A stretch of 64,000 bases of DNA, from assembly GCA_030704615.1 (NCBI GenBank), contig CM060731.1, positions 89,218,001 to 89,282,000 of the forward strand, read 5' to 3'. This DNA is from Takakia lepidozioides (lineage: Eukaryota > Plantae > Bryophyta). Below, in pieces: positions 1-13,116 of this stretch; the stretch's first letter is position 1; the number at the start of each line of letters is the position of its first letter. The notes below the pieces were generated by a model. That model was not told the origin of the DNA and searched no databases. It saw nothing but the letters and a program-made list of their open reading frames with translations. The position numbers were made by a program, and so were the translations under genes.

Positions 1-45
1 CCTCTCTCTGTCCCTCTCTATCCATCTGCCCCTCTCTCCCTCTCC

Positions 46-77
<32 letters not shown>

Positions 78-137
78 TGGTGTTCACAAAAGTAAACAAA
101 CCACAAGGGAGAGAGGGTGCAGAAAAAGTTAAAAAGA
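1..137. repeat. CT/AG-rich dispersed repeat (same family as 60560-61010)
   Basis: 70-137 is the reverse complement of ~60785-60850 (ACAAACCACAAGGGAGAGAGGGTGCAGAAAAAGTTAAAAAGA); CT microsatellite at 1-72. Confidence 0.8.
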
Positions 138-853
138 TTGTTCTCTTAAGACGTTGTTTGCCGTAGCCATGTGGCCATGGACCCCGCGCCCAGTTTGAGC
201 GGAAACAAAAGGGACAGAACATGCCTCTGTCAGGGGCTGACGTTGGTAGTAAGACTTATCTTCATATATAGAATTAATCTGGGTTTTCCAGATATCCTCT
301 AGAAATCCCTTCACACAAGCATCAAACTGTTGTGTGTGATTTGCCCAATAACTAGGCCTGAGGAGGGCCTGGGCTTTTGGCTCAGCCTTGAGACTTTCAA
401 AGTTGGTAAACAGATGTACAAGCACAATTCCCTTGATAGATTTGAAGAGAGCGTCTCTTTGGTGAGAGAACCCTGGACAGTGTATCAGAAAATGAGTACT
501 GTCTTCAGATTGCCCACACAACGGGCAATTGCACTCTCCCTTTCCTCTTTGCTTCTGTTTGCTGTTCAAAGGTAGGCTTCCTGCCCTAAGTTTAAATTTC
601 AGTCTAGTGCCGAGAGTGGGTAGACCCTTGAGGTCATCCAAGATGTCCTCCCCCATGTCACTGACTGGAAACAAGTTCAGGGAAGTTTTTTGCCTAACTT
701 CATTTTCATCAGACAATCTCATGGCAACAGACATGGCTTTGGACACTACAGCCTCTAAGTCAGATTTATCAACCCATATTGCAGATCCGTACTCCAAGGC
801 AGGTCTAATAATGCGACAAAGCATGGTTTTCTTAATCTCAGAGTTGACCCCTC
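138..853 (-). mobile_element. 5'-truncated LINE (ORF2 C-terminal zf-RVT region) with 20-bp target-site duplication
   Basis: ORF 129..824 has KLRAGSLPL...CPLC..SEDSTHFLIHC (CCHC zf-RVT). TGCAGAAAAAGTTAAAAAGA is repeated directly at 118-137 and 854-873. Confidence 0.85.
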
Positions 854-2489
854 TGCAGAAAAAGTTAAAAAGAGAGAGGGAAGATATTCACGTTATGTCA
901 AGACATGGACAAGACCCATAAGGGTCATTGTCAATTAAAGACATAAACAGCCCTGGATAGGGCATTATCTCACATTTCCAGTCTTGTCAAATCATCCCAA
1001 AAGACACCACCCAATCATCCAAGACAAAACAGGGTGGGAGGGCAGGGTTTGTTCTTGTGTGGGACAAGATAAGATATTGTTGTCCCTGTGCATGCTGCAA
1101 GGCCTCTTAGTTCAGCCTGTACATATACCAGCAGCTTACCAATTCAGCCATTAATTATGGCAGGTCATGCATCAGCCAAGGCATAAGGACCAGCCTGCAT
1201 TTTGTCAGAATCTCACTATCCCACCAAGCAGTCCAACTTGAGCCAGATGAAGTAGATTCCATATCATTTGTATTCACCCCGAGACATGTGATCATACAAG
1301 GTATCAAGGGAATGTGAATGCAGCCTGTTAGATTGCAGGTTCAAGACTTGTACCAACAAACAACATGAACAGCCGAGATCCATCCTCTTTTGTATAAAAA
1401 AACAGATGGTAGGTCATAGGCCTGATGTCATGACAGATCCAAAACAATAGGTAGGATTCCATTGCAGCTTACCATCCTCATCCTTCAAGAGTTCCATGCT
1501 AAGACATGCAAAGAACACCTTACTACGATCTAGTACACATCAGAAGTAGGCCTGACAAGGAGCAGGGCAGTACCCTACCAGGCTACCGCCTTAAACTTCA
1601 AGGCCATCAGATCCATAGTTACCCAAAACCGCCAAAAACATACCACCAAAAACCAGATCCTCTTTGGCCAAAATAACTTACAACCTAGCTTAGTAATCCA
1701 CAGGCTTTGCTGTCAAAGATTAAAAGGTAGGGTATGGTTTGTATGCAAGCCTCAGGAAACAAGCCCGTCAGGCCAAGCTGCGCATCGGCGGTAGAACGAC
1801 AAAGGCCAGAACGCAGGCTGGAGCATATCAAGTCAAGGGCAGTTGTGTTGAAATCGGGGCTGCAGCCTGCATCCACCTCACAGCGCGCACAACCCTAGGT
1901 CTCCTCAGCCCATATCCCAATCTGCATGCTCAAGAAACTTCAAAGTAGGTGAGGATCCTCACCTGGTCCCATCACAAGCCCCCACAAAAACCAACAGGTT
2001 AGTGAGGATTGTGGAACCCCGGGTGAATCACAGACCCTCACACTTGTCATCGATGTCAACTAAGAAACTCAAAAGCAAGAGAAAGAGATAAGAACATGAG
2101 AATCCCTAAACTCCAAAGGCACCTGAGGCGATTGGGGAAGAGGGTTATGCGCCATCACCACCCGCAGCAAGCCGCCTCCACAAAGCACATAAGCAATGAA
2201 GCAAAGCAGGCACAATCGCAAGGCACTAGAAAGGAGGGAGAGAACTTCCCGTCATAAGCATCCTTGCTAAGCACAAAAAAAGCCATAGGAGGGAAGATGC
2301 CACTGCTTTCATAGCGGTGTTTCCCGCTGCAAGAGAGACAAGGCGCCGCCTTTGCGCCCCCCCAGGCACTCGTCCAGCATGGGTACGACACCACAAACAG
2401 GGCAGCCACCGAAGCACGCCCGCCATAACACTCTCCTCGCGAGCTCAGAAGCACATCGCGTGCTTTTGACAGCAGGAGAGACGATATAG

Positions 2490-3050
2490 GGTTGTCCCAT
2501 GATTATTCATCCGTGGATGAAAAATAGTAGGACGAATCCATATACCCTGATGGATTTCATCCGCAGCAAGGTTAAAAATAGGTTTTGGGGTAGGGGTTAG
2601 GGTTTCCACCGTAATTAATCATAATTAGGGGTAGTAAAGATCAATTCCAGGCCATAATCATCCATAGACAAATCATTTGTGTCAGGATGAAAAAGTAGGG
2701 AATATCATCCGTGGCGGCGCCTTACCTCCATCTAGGTAATTCTATCATTCCTTACCAGACCATCCGGTATGGATAAAAAAATCAATAAAAGAGGAATGAA
2801 AAATTATCACCCTGGTAGTTTTTCATCCGGTACGGATGGAAAAACATGATACTGTTAGCAACCTCCATAGAGGTAATTCTTTTCTTCCATGGTGACTCCT
2901 CCGGTATGGATGAGAGTCAATAGAGGATGAATGAAAAGGCCAAAAGAACCATCCTAGAGGTAATTCAGTGTCCATCCTGGTGGCTCATCCGGTATGGTTG
3001 AAAAAGCCTGATAGAGGATGAGAAAACAAAAAATCGACACTGATAGCAAA
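2490..3050. repeat. Transposon subterminal-type repeats (CATCCGGTAYGGAT units) with telobox-like tract
   Basis: Near-palindromic CATCCGGTA(T/C)GG(A/T)T motifs at ~2761, 2824, 2898 and 2986, mostly following AGGTAATTC; GGGGTTAGGGTTT at ~2593. Confidence 0.55.
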
Positions 3051-3127
3051 CTGCCAATTCCCAATAGAGAGGGAAACAAAGGGAGAGAGGGGGCAACAAT
3101 GAAAAAAAATGGGTTGGGGGGGGGGAG

Positions 3128-5110
3128 GTCAGATGGTGGGGTCAGCTGCAGCATATGTCCAACACCAGATATCCTAAGTTAATCGACTCTATATCTTGGA
3201 AACAGGACGGCCCACCGACCTGTCAAACAGGCTAAGTCCTGGCAGAAGACAGTAGAAGAGATTCTCAATGACCTGGACCTGGAACCGCAAGTCTTCACCC
3301 TGCTGGATAAATCTGACTTAGAGGCTGTAGTGTCCAACCATGTCTGTTACCATGAGATTGTCTGATGAAAATGAAGTTAGGCAAAAAAAACTTCCCTGAA
3401 CTTGTTTCCAGTCAGTGACATGGGGGAGGACATCTTGGATGACCTCAAGGGTCTACCCACTCTCGGCACTAGACTGAAATTTAAACTCAGGGCAAGAAGC
3501 CTACCTTTGAACAACAAACAGAAGCAGAGAGGAAAGGGAGAGTGCAATTGCCCGTTGTGTGGGCAATCTGAAGACAGTACTCATGTTCTAATACACTGTC
3601 CGGGGTTCTCTCACCAAAGAGACGCTCTCTTCAAATCTATCAAGGGAATTGTGCATGTACCTCTATTTACTAACTTTGAAAAAGTCGAGGCTAAGCCAAA
3701 AACCCAGCCCCTTCTGAGACCTAGTTTTTGGGCATCTCACACACAGCAGATTGATGCTTGTGTGAAGGGATTTTTAGAGGATATCTGGAAAACCCGGATT
3801 AATTCTATATGTGAAGGTAAGTCTTACAACCAACGTCAGCCCCTGATAGAGGTAGGATCTGTCCCTTTTGTTTCCCCAAGAGAGGGGGCAACAAAGAAAA
3901 AAAAAATGTGGGGGGGGGGGGGGGGGAGTGATTGAGCAGCAGCAGCTGCTCAGTCACCCCCCCCCCCCCCCACCTTCTTTTTTTTTCTTTGTTGCCCCCT
4001 GATGTTTCCCTCTCACTCCCTCTCTCTCTCTCCCTCTCTCTCCCTCTCTTCTGTGCTGCTCTCTTTAAGCTCCCGACGAGATAAATTCAAGGTCAGATGG
4101 TGGGTTCAGCTGCAACATATATCCAACACTAGATATCCTAAGTTAATCGACTCTATATCTTGGAAACAGGACCGCCCACCGACTTGTCAAACAGGCTAAG
4201 TCCTGGTAGAAGACAGTAGAAGATTTTCTCAAGGACTTGGACCTGGAACCGCAAGTCTTCACCCTGCTGGATAAATCTGACTTAGAGGCTGTAGTGTCCA
4301 ACCATGTCTGTGGGCAACCTGAAGACATTATTCATTTTCTGATACACTGTCCGGGGTTCTCTCACCAAAGAGATGTTGTCTTCAAATCTATCAAGGGAAT
4401 TGTGCATGTACCTCTATTTACTAACTTTGAAAAGTCGAGACTGAGCCAAAAGCCCAGCCCCTTCTGAGGCCTAGTTTTTGGGCAACTCACACACAACAGA
4501 TTGATGCTTGTGTGAAGGGATTTGTAGAGGATATCTGGAAAACCCGGATTAATTCTATATGTGAAGGTAAGTCTTACTACCAACATCAGCCCATGACAGA
4601 GGTAGGATCTGTCCCTTTTTGTTTCCCCAAGAGAGAAGGCAACAAGGAAAAAAAAAAAATGTGGGGGGGGGAGTGACTGAGCAGCTGCTGCTCTCTTTTA
4701 AGCTCTCGACACCCTAAATTCAAGGTCGGATGATGGGTTCAGCTGCAACATATGTCCAACACCAGATATCCTAAGTTAATCGACTCTATATCTTGGAAAC
4801 AGGACCGCCCTGTCAAACAGGGTGAGCCCTGGGAGAAGAGAGTAAAAGAGGTTCTCAAGGATCTGAATCTGGACCCGCAAGTCTTGACGTTGCTGGATAA
4901 ACCTGACTTAGAGAGTGTAGTGTCCAAAGCCATGTCTATTACCAGAAAATTGTCCGATGAAAATGAAGTTAGGAAGAAAACTTCCCTGAACCTGTTTCCA
5001 GTCTGTGACATGGGGGAGGACATCATGGATGCGCTCAAGGGTCTATCCCACTCTTGGCACCAGACCTAAATTTAAAGTCAGGGCAAGAAGATTACCTTTG
5101 AACAGAGTGC
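3128..5110 (+). mobile_element. Three tandem, variably deleted copies of the same LINE 3' fragment separated by poly-G/poly-C spacers
   Basis: Units restart at GTC(A/G)GATG(G/A)TGGG.TCAGCTGCA (~3128, ~4092, ~4725). ORFs 3402..3935, 4237..4467 and 4752..5069 are near-identical to 129..824. Confidence 0.85.
3882..4000. repeat. ~120-bp foldback inverted repeat with poly-G/poly-C arms
   Basis: AGGGGGCAACAAAGAAA..G(n)AGTGATTGAGCAGC pairs with GCTGCTCAGTCAC(n)..TTTCTTTGTTGCCCCCT; relatives at 60658-60745 and 60872-60995. Confidence 0.8.
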
Positions 5111-5241
5111 AATTTCCCTGACGTACCTATGCTGCCGGTGGTGCTTGAAGCGAGCTGGCGCGGCGAGCTACTGCGGTGATGTCGCGGCTGCCAGCGGCGC
5201 GGGTCCCCGCCGCTGCAGGGCATCTCTCCCCCGCTCACCAC

Positions 5242-5281
<40 letters not shown>

Positions 5282-5569
5282 AGCTCGTTAGGTCGCGCCT
5301 CTGCGCGGCGTTCCTACCACACAGGGGAGAGAGACATCAGCCCGTGCTTAGGGCAAGAAAGAAAGACAGAAAGTGAGGGCGGAGGCGGTGCTTACCTTGG
5401 GCGTTGGAGCGGCGTTGGGGCAAACTCCTTGGGGCCTTGTGACCACCTCGGGCTCAGCAGCAGGTGCGTTTCTCCTCCACCCTAAACCCCACTCTCTGAA
5501 CTACCTCTCTCCCAAATAACAAACGAAAACGGGAGGGGAAAGAGATGCTTCAAGCACTTAGGGAAAGAA

Positions 5570-5840
5570 AAAAGGGCGCGGCGCCCACGTGCGACGCCAG
5601 GCCGTCGCACGCCTACGCCTGCCCTTTTTTTGAAATGTAAAAATGAAGTTTGCGACGGCTGGCCGTCGTTTCTTGCGACCCCCGGCCCCATAAATAAAAA
5701 AACATGTCGCCCCCCGCGACGGCTGTCCGTTGCGGGGTGCGACCCCCAGGTAAAAAATAAATAAAAACTCGTCGTCAAATGCGACGCCAGGGTGTCGCAG
5801 GAGGCGACGGCCGACCTTTCTGGGTTTAGGGTTTAGGGCC
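5570..5840. repeat. TGCGAC/GTCGC subterminal repeats of a CACTA-like element followed by TTTAGGG repeats
   Basis: Multiple TGCGACG/TGCGACCCC/GTCGCA motifs in both orientations; GGGTTTAGGGTTTAGGG at 5822-5838. Confidence 0.55.
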
Positions 5841-6227
5841 TTTTGGGTTTCTTAGGGTTTTTTTTTTTTTTTTTTTTTTCCATATGGTACTGGGTTAGGG
5901 TGTTTGCTTTCTTTATGGTGTTGGGTTTTGGATTGGCGGTTTTGGTTGTGGGTCTTGGGGTTAAAAGGATAAACGGTGTAATTTGGATTCACATACCCAA
6001 AATGTGGTTCAATCTGATAATCGCAAAGCGCTGGGTCTCAACAAATTTTTCCATGGTGTGGGCATCTTGAAGATAGAACGAGAGGAAGGATTTATTGTCT
6101 TGGGCTCTAGCACCATAGGGATGCTCCCCCTTTGGTTACCAATTTGGAAAGCCCCGAGGCATAGGATTTTTTTGCCAACGGTTTTTGAGAAATGAAAGTG
6201 TTGGTGGTGTGTGTTAATTAGGATGGG

Positions 6228-6674
6228 ATGGTGAGGAAACATCGACCTGTCTCCCTCGAGGATGGGGAGGTAGTACCACATATCGATTGTGGCCCTAGAG
6301 CGACCATTTTTCGTGGCGAGGAGGCACCCATTGCACCTGATCCAATACAGGCTGCCGGGCACAATCGTAGAAGGGACTGGAGCCAAATTTCAGGTGTTGC
6401 GGAGGATGTTGACACTCCGGGATCGAGTCGGGCGCGCCGCGGGTTGCCCCCTCGCGGGCCACCCCGTCCAACCACATCCACCTTTGATACCCCCGACAGG
6501 ATTGAGTGTTGGTGCACTAAGTGTTGGGAACGGATACCGCCGGGCGGCACCAGACCACCGAGGCGGCGACCGCATGTTGTCGAAAAACATTACAAGAAGA
6601 ACAAGATTGCGGATGCGGCAAAGGTGGGTGTTTTTCCCACCCCTCTCATCAACATTCATTTAAGGTACATTTAG
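6228..6674 (+). CDS. CACTA/EnSpm transposase-associated (CxCxxC..H) domain fragment
   Basis: DRIECWCTKC...VVEKH resembles the I.CPC..C...V..H domain of CACTA proteins; lies directly inside the subterminal repeats. Confidence 0.45.
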   Translation: MVRKHRPVSLEDGEVVPHIDCGPRATIFRGEEAPIAPDPIQAAGHNRRRDWSQISGVAEDVDTPGSSRARRGLPPRGPPRPTTSTFDTPDRIECWCTKCWERIPPGGTRPPRRRPHVVEKHYKKNKIADAAKVGVFPTPLINIHLRYI

Positions 6675-7321
6675 GTTTATCTAATAATATAGTATGATTG
6701 GTAAGCATACATGAATCAAAATTACGACATAAGTATTGATGCGTCGTTCACTACGCACATTGCAACCACGACTGGATGCCCAAGCTCGCAGGAGGCATTT
6801 CGCGCCGGTCTACTTGCAGAATTTGTGCCAGAGCATGTGCTCGATGTGACCAGTTGGTTCCCCCAGCAGCACGTAGATGAGATGCGTAGGGTCGAGGGGT
6901 ATCGTAGGTGTCGTAGGCGTTATGGCCGGCGACGAGCAGGCCCACCCCCTCCAGTTTCCTCAAGCGGTCCCCCTGATCATGGCCTCCCCCCCGTCTGTTT
7001 CTTTGCCTGATCCACCTCCGGTTGTACCTGATCCGGATGTTGTACCCCCAGCTGCACCTTCGACATTACATCCTCAACCACCTCCACTTTCATCTCCTCC
7101 GCCAGCAGTACCACCACCATCACCACCTCCACCTCCACCTCCACCTCCACCTCTACCTCCACGTGCATGTGCCCCCCGAACCCCTAGGAGGGGTCAGCTT
7201 TGCCCTAGGTTTCCTCCCCTTCGGCTTGGGCGGCCTGAGCCGGATCCTCGCCCCCGATGGGAAGCGCATAGGACTATGTTACTGAGGACCGTCCAGCCCT
7301 CCCACCCCCATCCGAGAAAAT

Positions 7322-7600
7322 GTGGAGTTCGAGTATTGGGGGAGACGGTATGTTGTGAGAGCCGCTACAGACCCTGCTATGGGTCGGGGTTTATTCACGG
7401 TCAATGATATTGTGGTTCCTCCTCGGAGAAACATCATGGTGGACTTGTTTCCCTACTACGGTCCATACTACACCTCCGCGGAGTTCCGTACATTACACCT
7501 CGAAGCCCCATACATCCTATCCTACATTTTGTGTATCAACGGACAGGATATACGTAGACGGGGGTTGTCTCCCATTGAGATCAGATTTTGTGATGGTGAC
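7322..7600 (+). pseudogene. N-terminal half of a SET domain, cut by the LTR insertion
   Basis: MGRGLFTVNDIVVP...LFPYYG (GxGLFA..I...YxG SET motif I), ending at FCDGD exactly where the LTR begins at 7601. Confidence 0.6.
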
Positions 7601-8572
7601 TGTCAAGCGGCTTTTACTCACCCATCCCTTCGCTATCCGAGGTGGAAACTCCAAGATATAAGAGTTGGATATCTCTAAGCACTCAGCCCACTTAGAACAA
7701 TCAGTCATGACCTACAGCTAGTGAATCATGGTTGTGCTTCTTATTTGTATTTCTTCTTGCTTTCATGTTAGCAAATTACCTTACTGTGTATACTGAAGCA
7801 TCAGATTGCTTCAGTATCTACCAGGTTCCATTCACTCATCCATTCATTCCACAGCTTCACTCATGTCTCTCTACACAGTGTGATTGTATCGAATAAGTAT
7901 CAGATTCAGATTTATCATGTATTAGGCCGAAGCCCATGTGTCTCTAATCTGCTCTACAGTATCACTACAGCTTTGCATGTAACAAACACTACTAATCATC
8001 TCTCCTCCTTCACCGTGCTCTCCATCCTTGCTCCCGTTCTTGCTCTCCGCCTGATCTCCTCTCATGTATGACCAAGAAGTGCTCTCCATGAAGTGTGTCC
8101 CCTCCCTGTTGCTGCACTCCTTAATCTACTTGCAAGCTGTTCTAACTACCTAACGAATTAACTGTCACCTAAGTAAACACGTTCCCTCTGCAGATGTCGT
8201 TCCCACACAGTCGTTCCCTGCCAATGATAACCGTTCCCTACGTACGTTGTGACGGGCTGTGATTGTGCCGAGCTGTGACTGGCTGTGTAAAGCTGTGTCG
8301 GGTTTTGATAGACTGTGACTAGCTGTGATAGACTGTGATAGACTGTGACTAACTGTGATAGGTTGTGTAAGGCTGTGTCTGGCTGTGATAGACTATGATA
8401 GGCTGTGTACGACTGTGTAAGACTGTGACTAAGTGTGTAAACCTGTCTACCACCCCTAAAGCCTGTGCCTGTCACCCCTAAGACCTCTGTTGGTCTAAGT
8501 CTACCATCCGTAAGTCTGCGCAAAAATTAAGGGTACCCCACAGAGCCCATAAAAGTGTCTAAGTCCCAGACA
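7601..8572 (-). mobile_element. 3' LTR (972 bp) of a Ty3/gypsy retrotransposon
   Basis: TGTC...GACA termini; 7601-8275 is the reverse complement of 33299-33965; polypurine tract immediately inside. Confidence 0.9.
8250..8440. repeat. 10-bp tandem repeat (RRCTGTGAYW) within the LTR; second array at 13200-13350
   Basis: GACTGTGATA/GGCTGTGTAA-type decamers in both arrays. Confidence 0.85.
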
Positions 8573-8600
8573 GCCCTCTACCATACCCCTCCCCCTCTCA
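8573..8600 (-). promoter_or_regulatory. Polypurine tract
   Basis: Minus strand reads GAGAGGGGGAGGGGTATGGTAGAGGGC directly before the LTR TG. Confidence 0.8.
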
Positions 8601-8932
8601 AAAAGCCGTGTCCTCACGGTTTACTATTTAGGATCAGCAAACCTTTGTGAGCGAGCACTCTTTTGTCGGTGAGAGTCTCTTGAAGGGCTCTGTGTTCGAG
8701 CTTGAGCCCTGTCACTGGCTGATGGAGGCGATTGAGCACCAAATGGAAATGTCTGACCCTCCTGTGGTTGATAACGAGGTAACCTCTCAGGCATAGGAGA
8801 TCCCCATCGTTTCTTCTTTGCCATATGGAGTGCATAGTCCTCCGCCATGTCAAAAGGTTCCTCGAGCTCTATGAATGAGGGCCATGAATGAGGGCCCGGT
8901 GGTGGCAGCTCACATGGTTAGGCCATGTTTTG

Positions 8933-9817
8933 TACCAGAAGTATACAATGATAGTAACCCGAAGCAAAGCTAAACTAATACCTCCAGTGGATGAGGAAGA
9001 AGATGGTAATGAGGATGGCAGTGATGTACCTGAAGATTATGAGGCTTGGAGAGATGAGAAGGAACTGCACAGGGAAGTGGCTGACACCATAAGGGAAATG
9101 TAGAAGAATACTGATATTCCTATGGCAGATACCTCTGACTCTGAAAGAGAAGATGGAGAGGGTGGAGATGAAGTGAAGAAGGAAGCTGCACAAGTGCAGA
9201 GTAATGAAGGGATTTTGGCTGAAGTGATATGCCAGACCAAAGCTGAGATTACCATTGGGTAGCTATTGGCTGTGGCACCTCATTGTAGGCACAGGCTGTA
9301 TCAAGCAATTAATTAGATTGCTCATGTGACAGAAAACACAGACCTGAATAGCAAGGTGACAAGTTATAATGTGAGACCTGAAGGGCCAGAAACAGTCATG
9401 GATTTTGATGATTCTATGCCAGTAATCCAATTGAGAATTGGAAGCACAGACTTGACTGATGTACTGATAGATGGAGGTTCGGGAGTGAATATTATGACAG
9501 ACCAATTAAGGCAGAAGCTTGGTCTGAGTAACATGAAACCAGCCCCATTTACAGTAACAATGGCAGATCAATGGAGTGTATAGCCTTTAGGCTTGATAAG
9601 AGGAGTAAAGATACAGATCCAAGACATGATTTTTAAGATCACAGTGACTGTGTTGAAAATGGATGATGTCATGGAAGCTTATTCCTTATTGCTGGGACGA
9701 CCATGGCTGAAATAGGCCAGGATATTCCATGACTAGAATTCCAAGTTACTGACTGTGCATGATGGGAAGCACAAGATACATGTCACCACTAAGAAATCTA
9801 GTAGGCTGAAGAACCAG
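8933..9817 (+). pseudogene. Displaced, inverted gag-pol linker and aspartic protease segment
   Basis: IVTRSK...VLIDGGSGVNIM...YSLLLGRPWL in one frame with stops; opposite strand to the rest of the element. Confidence 0.85.
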
Positions 9818-10342
9818 TAATATCAGAATCATCTTCCCCCCTGAGGTGTTTCGGTGGCCGAACTTTAAGTGGCTCCTCAGGAATCCTGCGTGGCATACAG
9901 TGTTGGCCCACCATGTGTGGAAGCTTAAACTGTACCATTTGCTTTAATCGCTTGCAAGCAAAATGTGTGAACTCCCTGAACTCCTTGGCCGTATAGGTAA
10001 GAGGTTTGCCAATGACTTTGGAACACTGTAAGTATTTCCTTTATAGAGAATATCATCAGGGCCCAATTTCTCAAGCCAAATTAAACCATGAACGAAGTTG
10101 GGAATCCTTCTGCATCATGACTTTCGCATCATACAGATACATATGAGGTGGAACTGAAGGTAAGACCCAATGATCCCCACTGGAATAACTCAGAAATCGT
10201 GATTGCATCTTTTGCTGCTCAATGTGATAACGCGCAATAAAACAAGCAGCATAGTAGAATCCACAGCCCATGACAATACTAGATACTTTCTTGGTCTTGG
10301 TGTAGATGTACCCATGAACAACCTAGAAGGCAATTAATTCCT

Positions 10343-13116
10343 TCAACATGGTGTCTGCTTAGCACCCCTGAGAGCCTGCTCCTCCTTAAGTCTGTATACA
10401 TCTAATTGCTGCTGTAAAGCCTCTATGCGCTTTGCATGAGGTTCAACCAGGGCCGCATAGGCAGCAGCCAGATTATTGGCTTCCTTCCAAGCCTTGTTAG
10501 CCACAGAGAGTTCATTCTTGTGACTCGTGACTGTTTGCTGCAACTTCAGGATATACCTTTCCTTCTCAGCCTCAACCTGACTGTACTGTTGGAAAGTATC
10601 CTCATTGCGACTGATAGTAGCCTTCAAATCAGCAATGAGTTTCCCTTGCTCTACTGTCTCAGCCTCCACCATCATACATCTCTCTGCTTGTCTGTTAATT
10701 TCTAATGCAGTTTGCTATAGAGCAGTTGTTAGTGTGGCACATTGGATGGTCATTTTCTGATGAACTGCCTCCAACTCTGTATGTAGCACGTTCACTTCCT
10801 GCAACTTGCCCTCATGCTTCACCTGCAATTGGTATAGCTGTTGCTTATGTGCTTCATGCAACTTCTCCTGCTCCAGACCCGCTTGAATTAGATTCCCCTT
10901 TGCCAGCTGCAGGGTAGCCTTTGTGTCCTCCAATTCTTTCTGCAACTTGAGGTTGGCCTCCACATCCACCTTGTTTGCACATTCGGTGGCAATTCTAGCC
11001 TCAAACTCCTGCTTGAGTTCCTCTCTCAAAGCTATCAATTGTGTAGATGGAACATGGGATTTCACATAAGTGCCCAACAAATTGAGTGTCCTGCTTATGG
11101 AACTCATAAGCATGGCCTGCTGTGGGTCTTCATGGGAAACTTGTTGATGGTCCCCCTGATTCTCCACAGTGTGATGTTTCACCAACCATTCAGGCCATGT
11201 TCCCACAAGATCTTCCTGAACGACCTCATCATCCACAGGTGCTGCAGTGCCCTTACATTCTACCCCTGGAACCTCCGCCACAAGTTCGGGTATCACATGC
11301 ACAACAGGGACTTGCTTGGACAAACTCTGCATCTCGGGTACCACTGGTTCCCTGACCAAGCCAGAGTTTTCATAGAGAAGGTCACCCTTCTCAATTTCTG
11401 CCACTACCTGCTCTGTAGTGGGAATGTCCAACCCTTCTCCTTCCACAGCAATAGGCTCTGGTGTAACAGCATGGACTAACTGAGTGACCCCAGGAACAAC
11501 TGAGTCATCTAGTTGTGGTGGTTGTGGTATCGAGGTGATTTCTTCCTCCCTCTCCAAAGGCCGTGCTTCCAGCAATAACAGCCCCCTATGCTACTGCTCC
11601 TCATCCTGCACAAGCGCTATGGAAAACATCATCTTGTGGTTTCCTTGAAGCTAGTGGGTCTGCCACAGTCATATCCCGCTTCTGCCTCTTGGACTGGTGC
11701 TGCCCCTCCAATCCACCTTCACCATGTGAAGAGCCTTGCTCCTCAATTGCAGTGGTTGCTGTCTCAAACACTCTCATCTCCTTACGTTCTCGCGCATCAA
11801 GTATGCAAGAGTCAAGAATAATTTGCGCAAGGACTTGGCCAGACACAATGATCGGAGACTTAGCAGCAGTGCCTTGTAACCTCTTCTCTTCCACCAGACC
11901 ATTGTACATTAACTCCGCCCAAGCTACATCCTCTCCCCTCAAAGCTTTCAGTATCTCCTCCGTGAATGATCTGTTCAAGTACTATTGGTTCTATTTCATG
12001 GCAAACAGAATGTTCAGTATTTGGCCAACTTCTCTTAGCCCTGGGTATTCGGCCTTGGTGCAGGTATATCCTTGAGTTTTAAAGAAACTCCCTTCTTGGA
12101 ACAAATCCCCTATCTGCAATCTTGCCTTGTGCTCATCCACATCCACATGACCCGATGGCAAATTGAACAATTGCTACAAGTACTGGGGAGTAATTTCTAT
12201 ATCTACTCCCCTCACCTGGGTAACTCCTGTTCGAGGCTCAAAGTTCTGAATAAATTGAATCATATACTTCCGATGATGCAAGGACCAGTCCTTGCGTAGC
12301 AGCCCTTCCAATCTCAACTCCTTCAGCAGTTGCACTGCCTGTGGTGTAGCAATTGTTTGCTTCTGCAGAATCGTGGTGCTCTTCACCCTGATATCCTCCA
12401 GTCCCCTAACTCTCTTCATCCTAGACAAACAAGAAGGCCTTGTTTGAAACAGCTGTAGGAAAGTTTGCAGGGCATAGAGCATAAAGGTATGGTTGGTACA
12501 GAAAGGAACAGGTAAGTATGTGTAAGCCTGTGGGGCTTGCAGATAGTGGGTAAGAGAGAATGTTCTTTCAATCCATCCGTCTTTGCGCCACTGCATGAGA
12601 AGTAAAGCTAATGTGTAGTCTGTATTATCCGCTACAAAGCTATAGCTTTGATTGCCCCTCTCGTCGAGACGCTGGTTATTCGGAGCCACCCCGACTCTTC
12701 CGCTCATAACTCTTCTAATTTCTTGTTTTTGTTTCTTGGAGGGAACCACCTGCATGAAATTCTTGCTCCTGATTGGCTGTTGCCTCCTTGGGTAACTTCT
12801 TAATTTTACCCCCCTCAGTGGACATTCCCACCTGGAATGTCCACTAGGACAGCACATGTGGCAAAGATCCATCTTTTCTGTACACGTAAAGGGTTCCGTT
12901 ACCTTTGCCCTGAATGCATTAATGGGCCCACAAATAGTTTTGGCTGATGTACCGGGTAGGTACTTTGACGGCCCAGTTTGTCCTCTTGCATGATGACACC
13001 CACTTTTGTAATATATGCACCGCGGTGTGCTTCGCCCTAGTGGCTACGTGTTCGATTTTAAACATGCTCCCATCTTCCCCTGTCCGAGTGGCACATTCTC
13101 CGAGTTTGACTTCCAA
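10343..13116 (-). pseudogene. Extra sense ORF(s) between integrase and 3' LTR (zinc knuckle, Transposase_32/Athila-like domain, coiled coil)
   Basis: CHMCCPSGHSRWEC knuckle; MIQFIQNF..GVTQVRGVDIEITP resembles the LVREFYAN..V.VRG..I motif; coiled coil in 10715..11575 and 10343..10675. Confidence 0.6.

Noticed and set aside
900-2490. Coding gene
   Set aside because: Only short stop-riddled ORFs with no recognisable motif; probably decayed TE sequence.
5822-5838. TTTAGGG tracts as a telomere (also 2593 and 32845-33225)
   Set aside because: Only 2-3 units, embedded in transposon subterminal regions.
6877-7285. Extensin gene or His/Leu-repeat protein
   Set aside because: CCACCT microsatellite read in different frames; no signal peptide.
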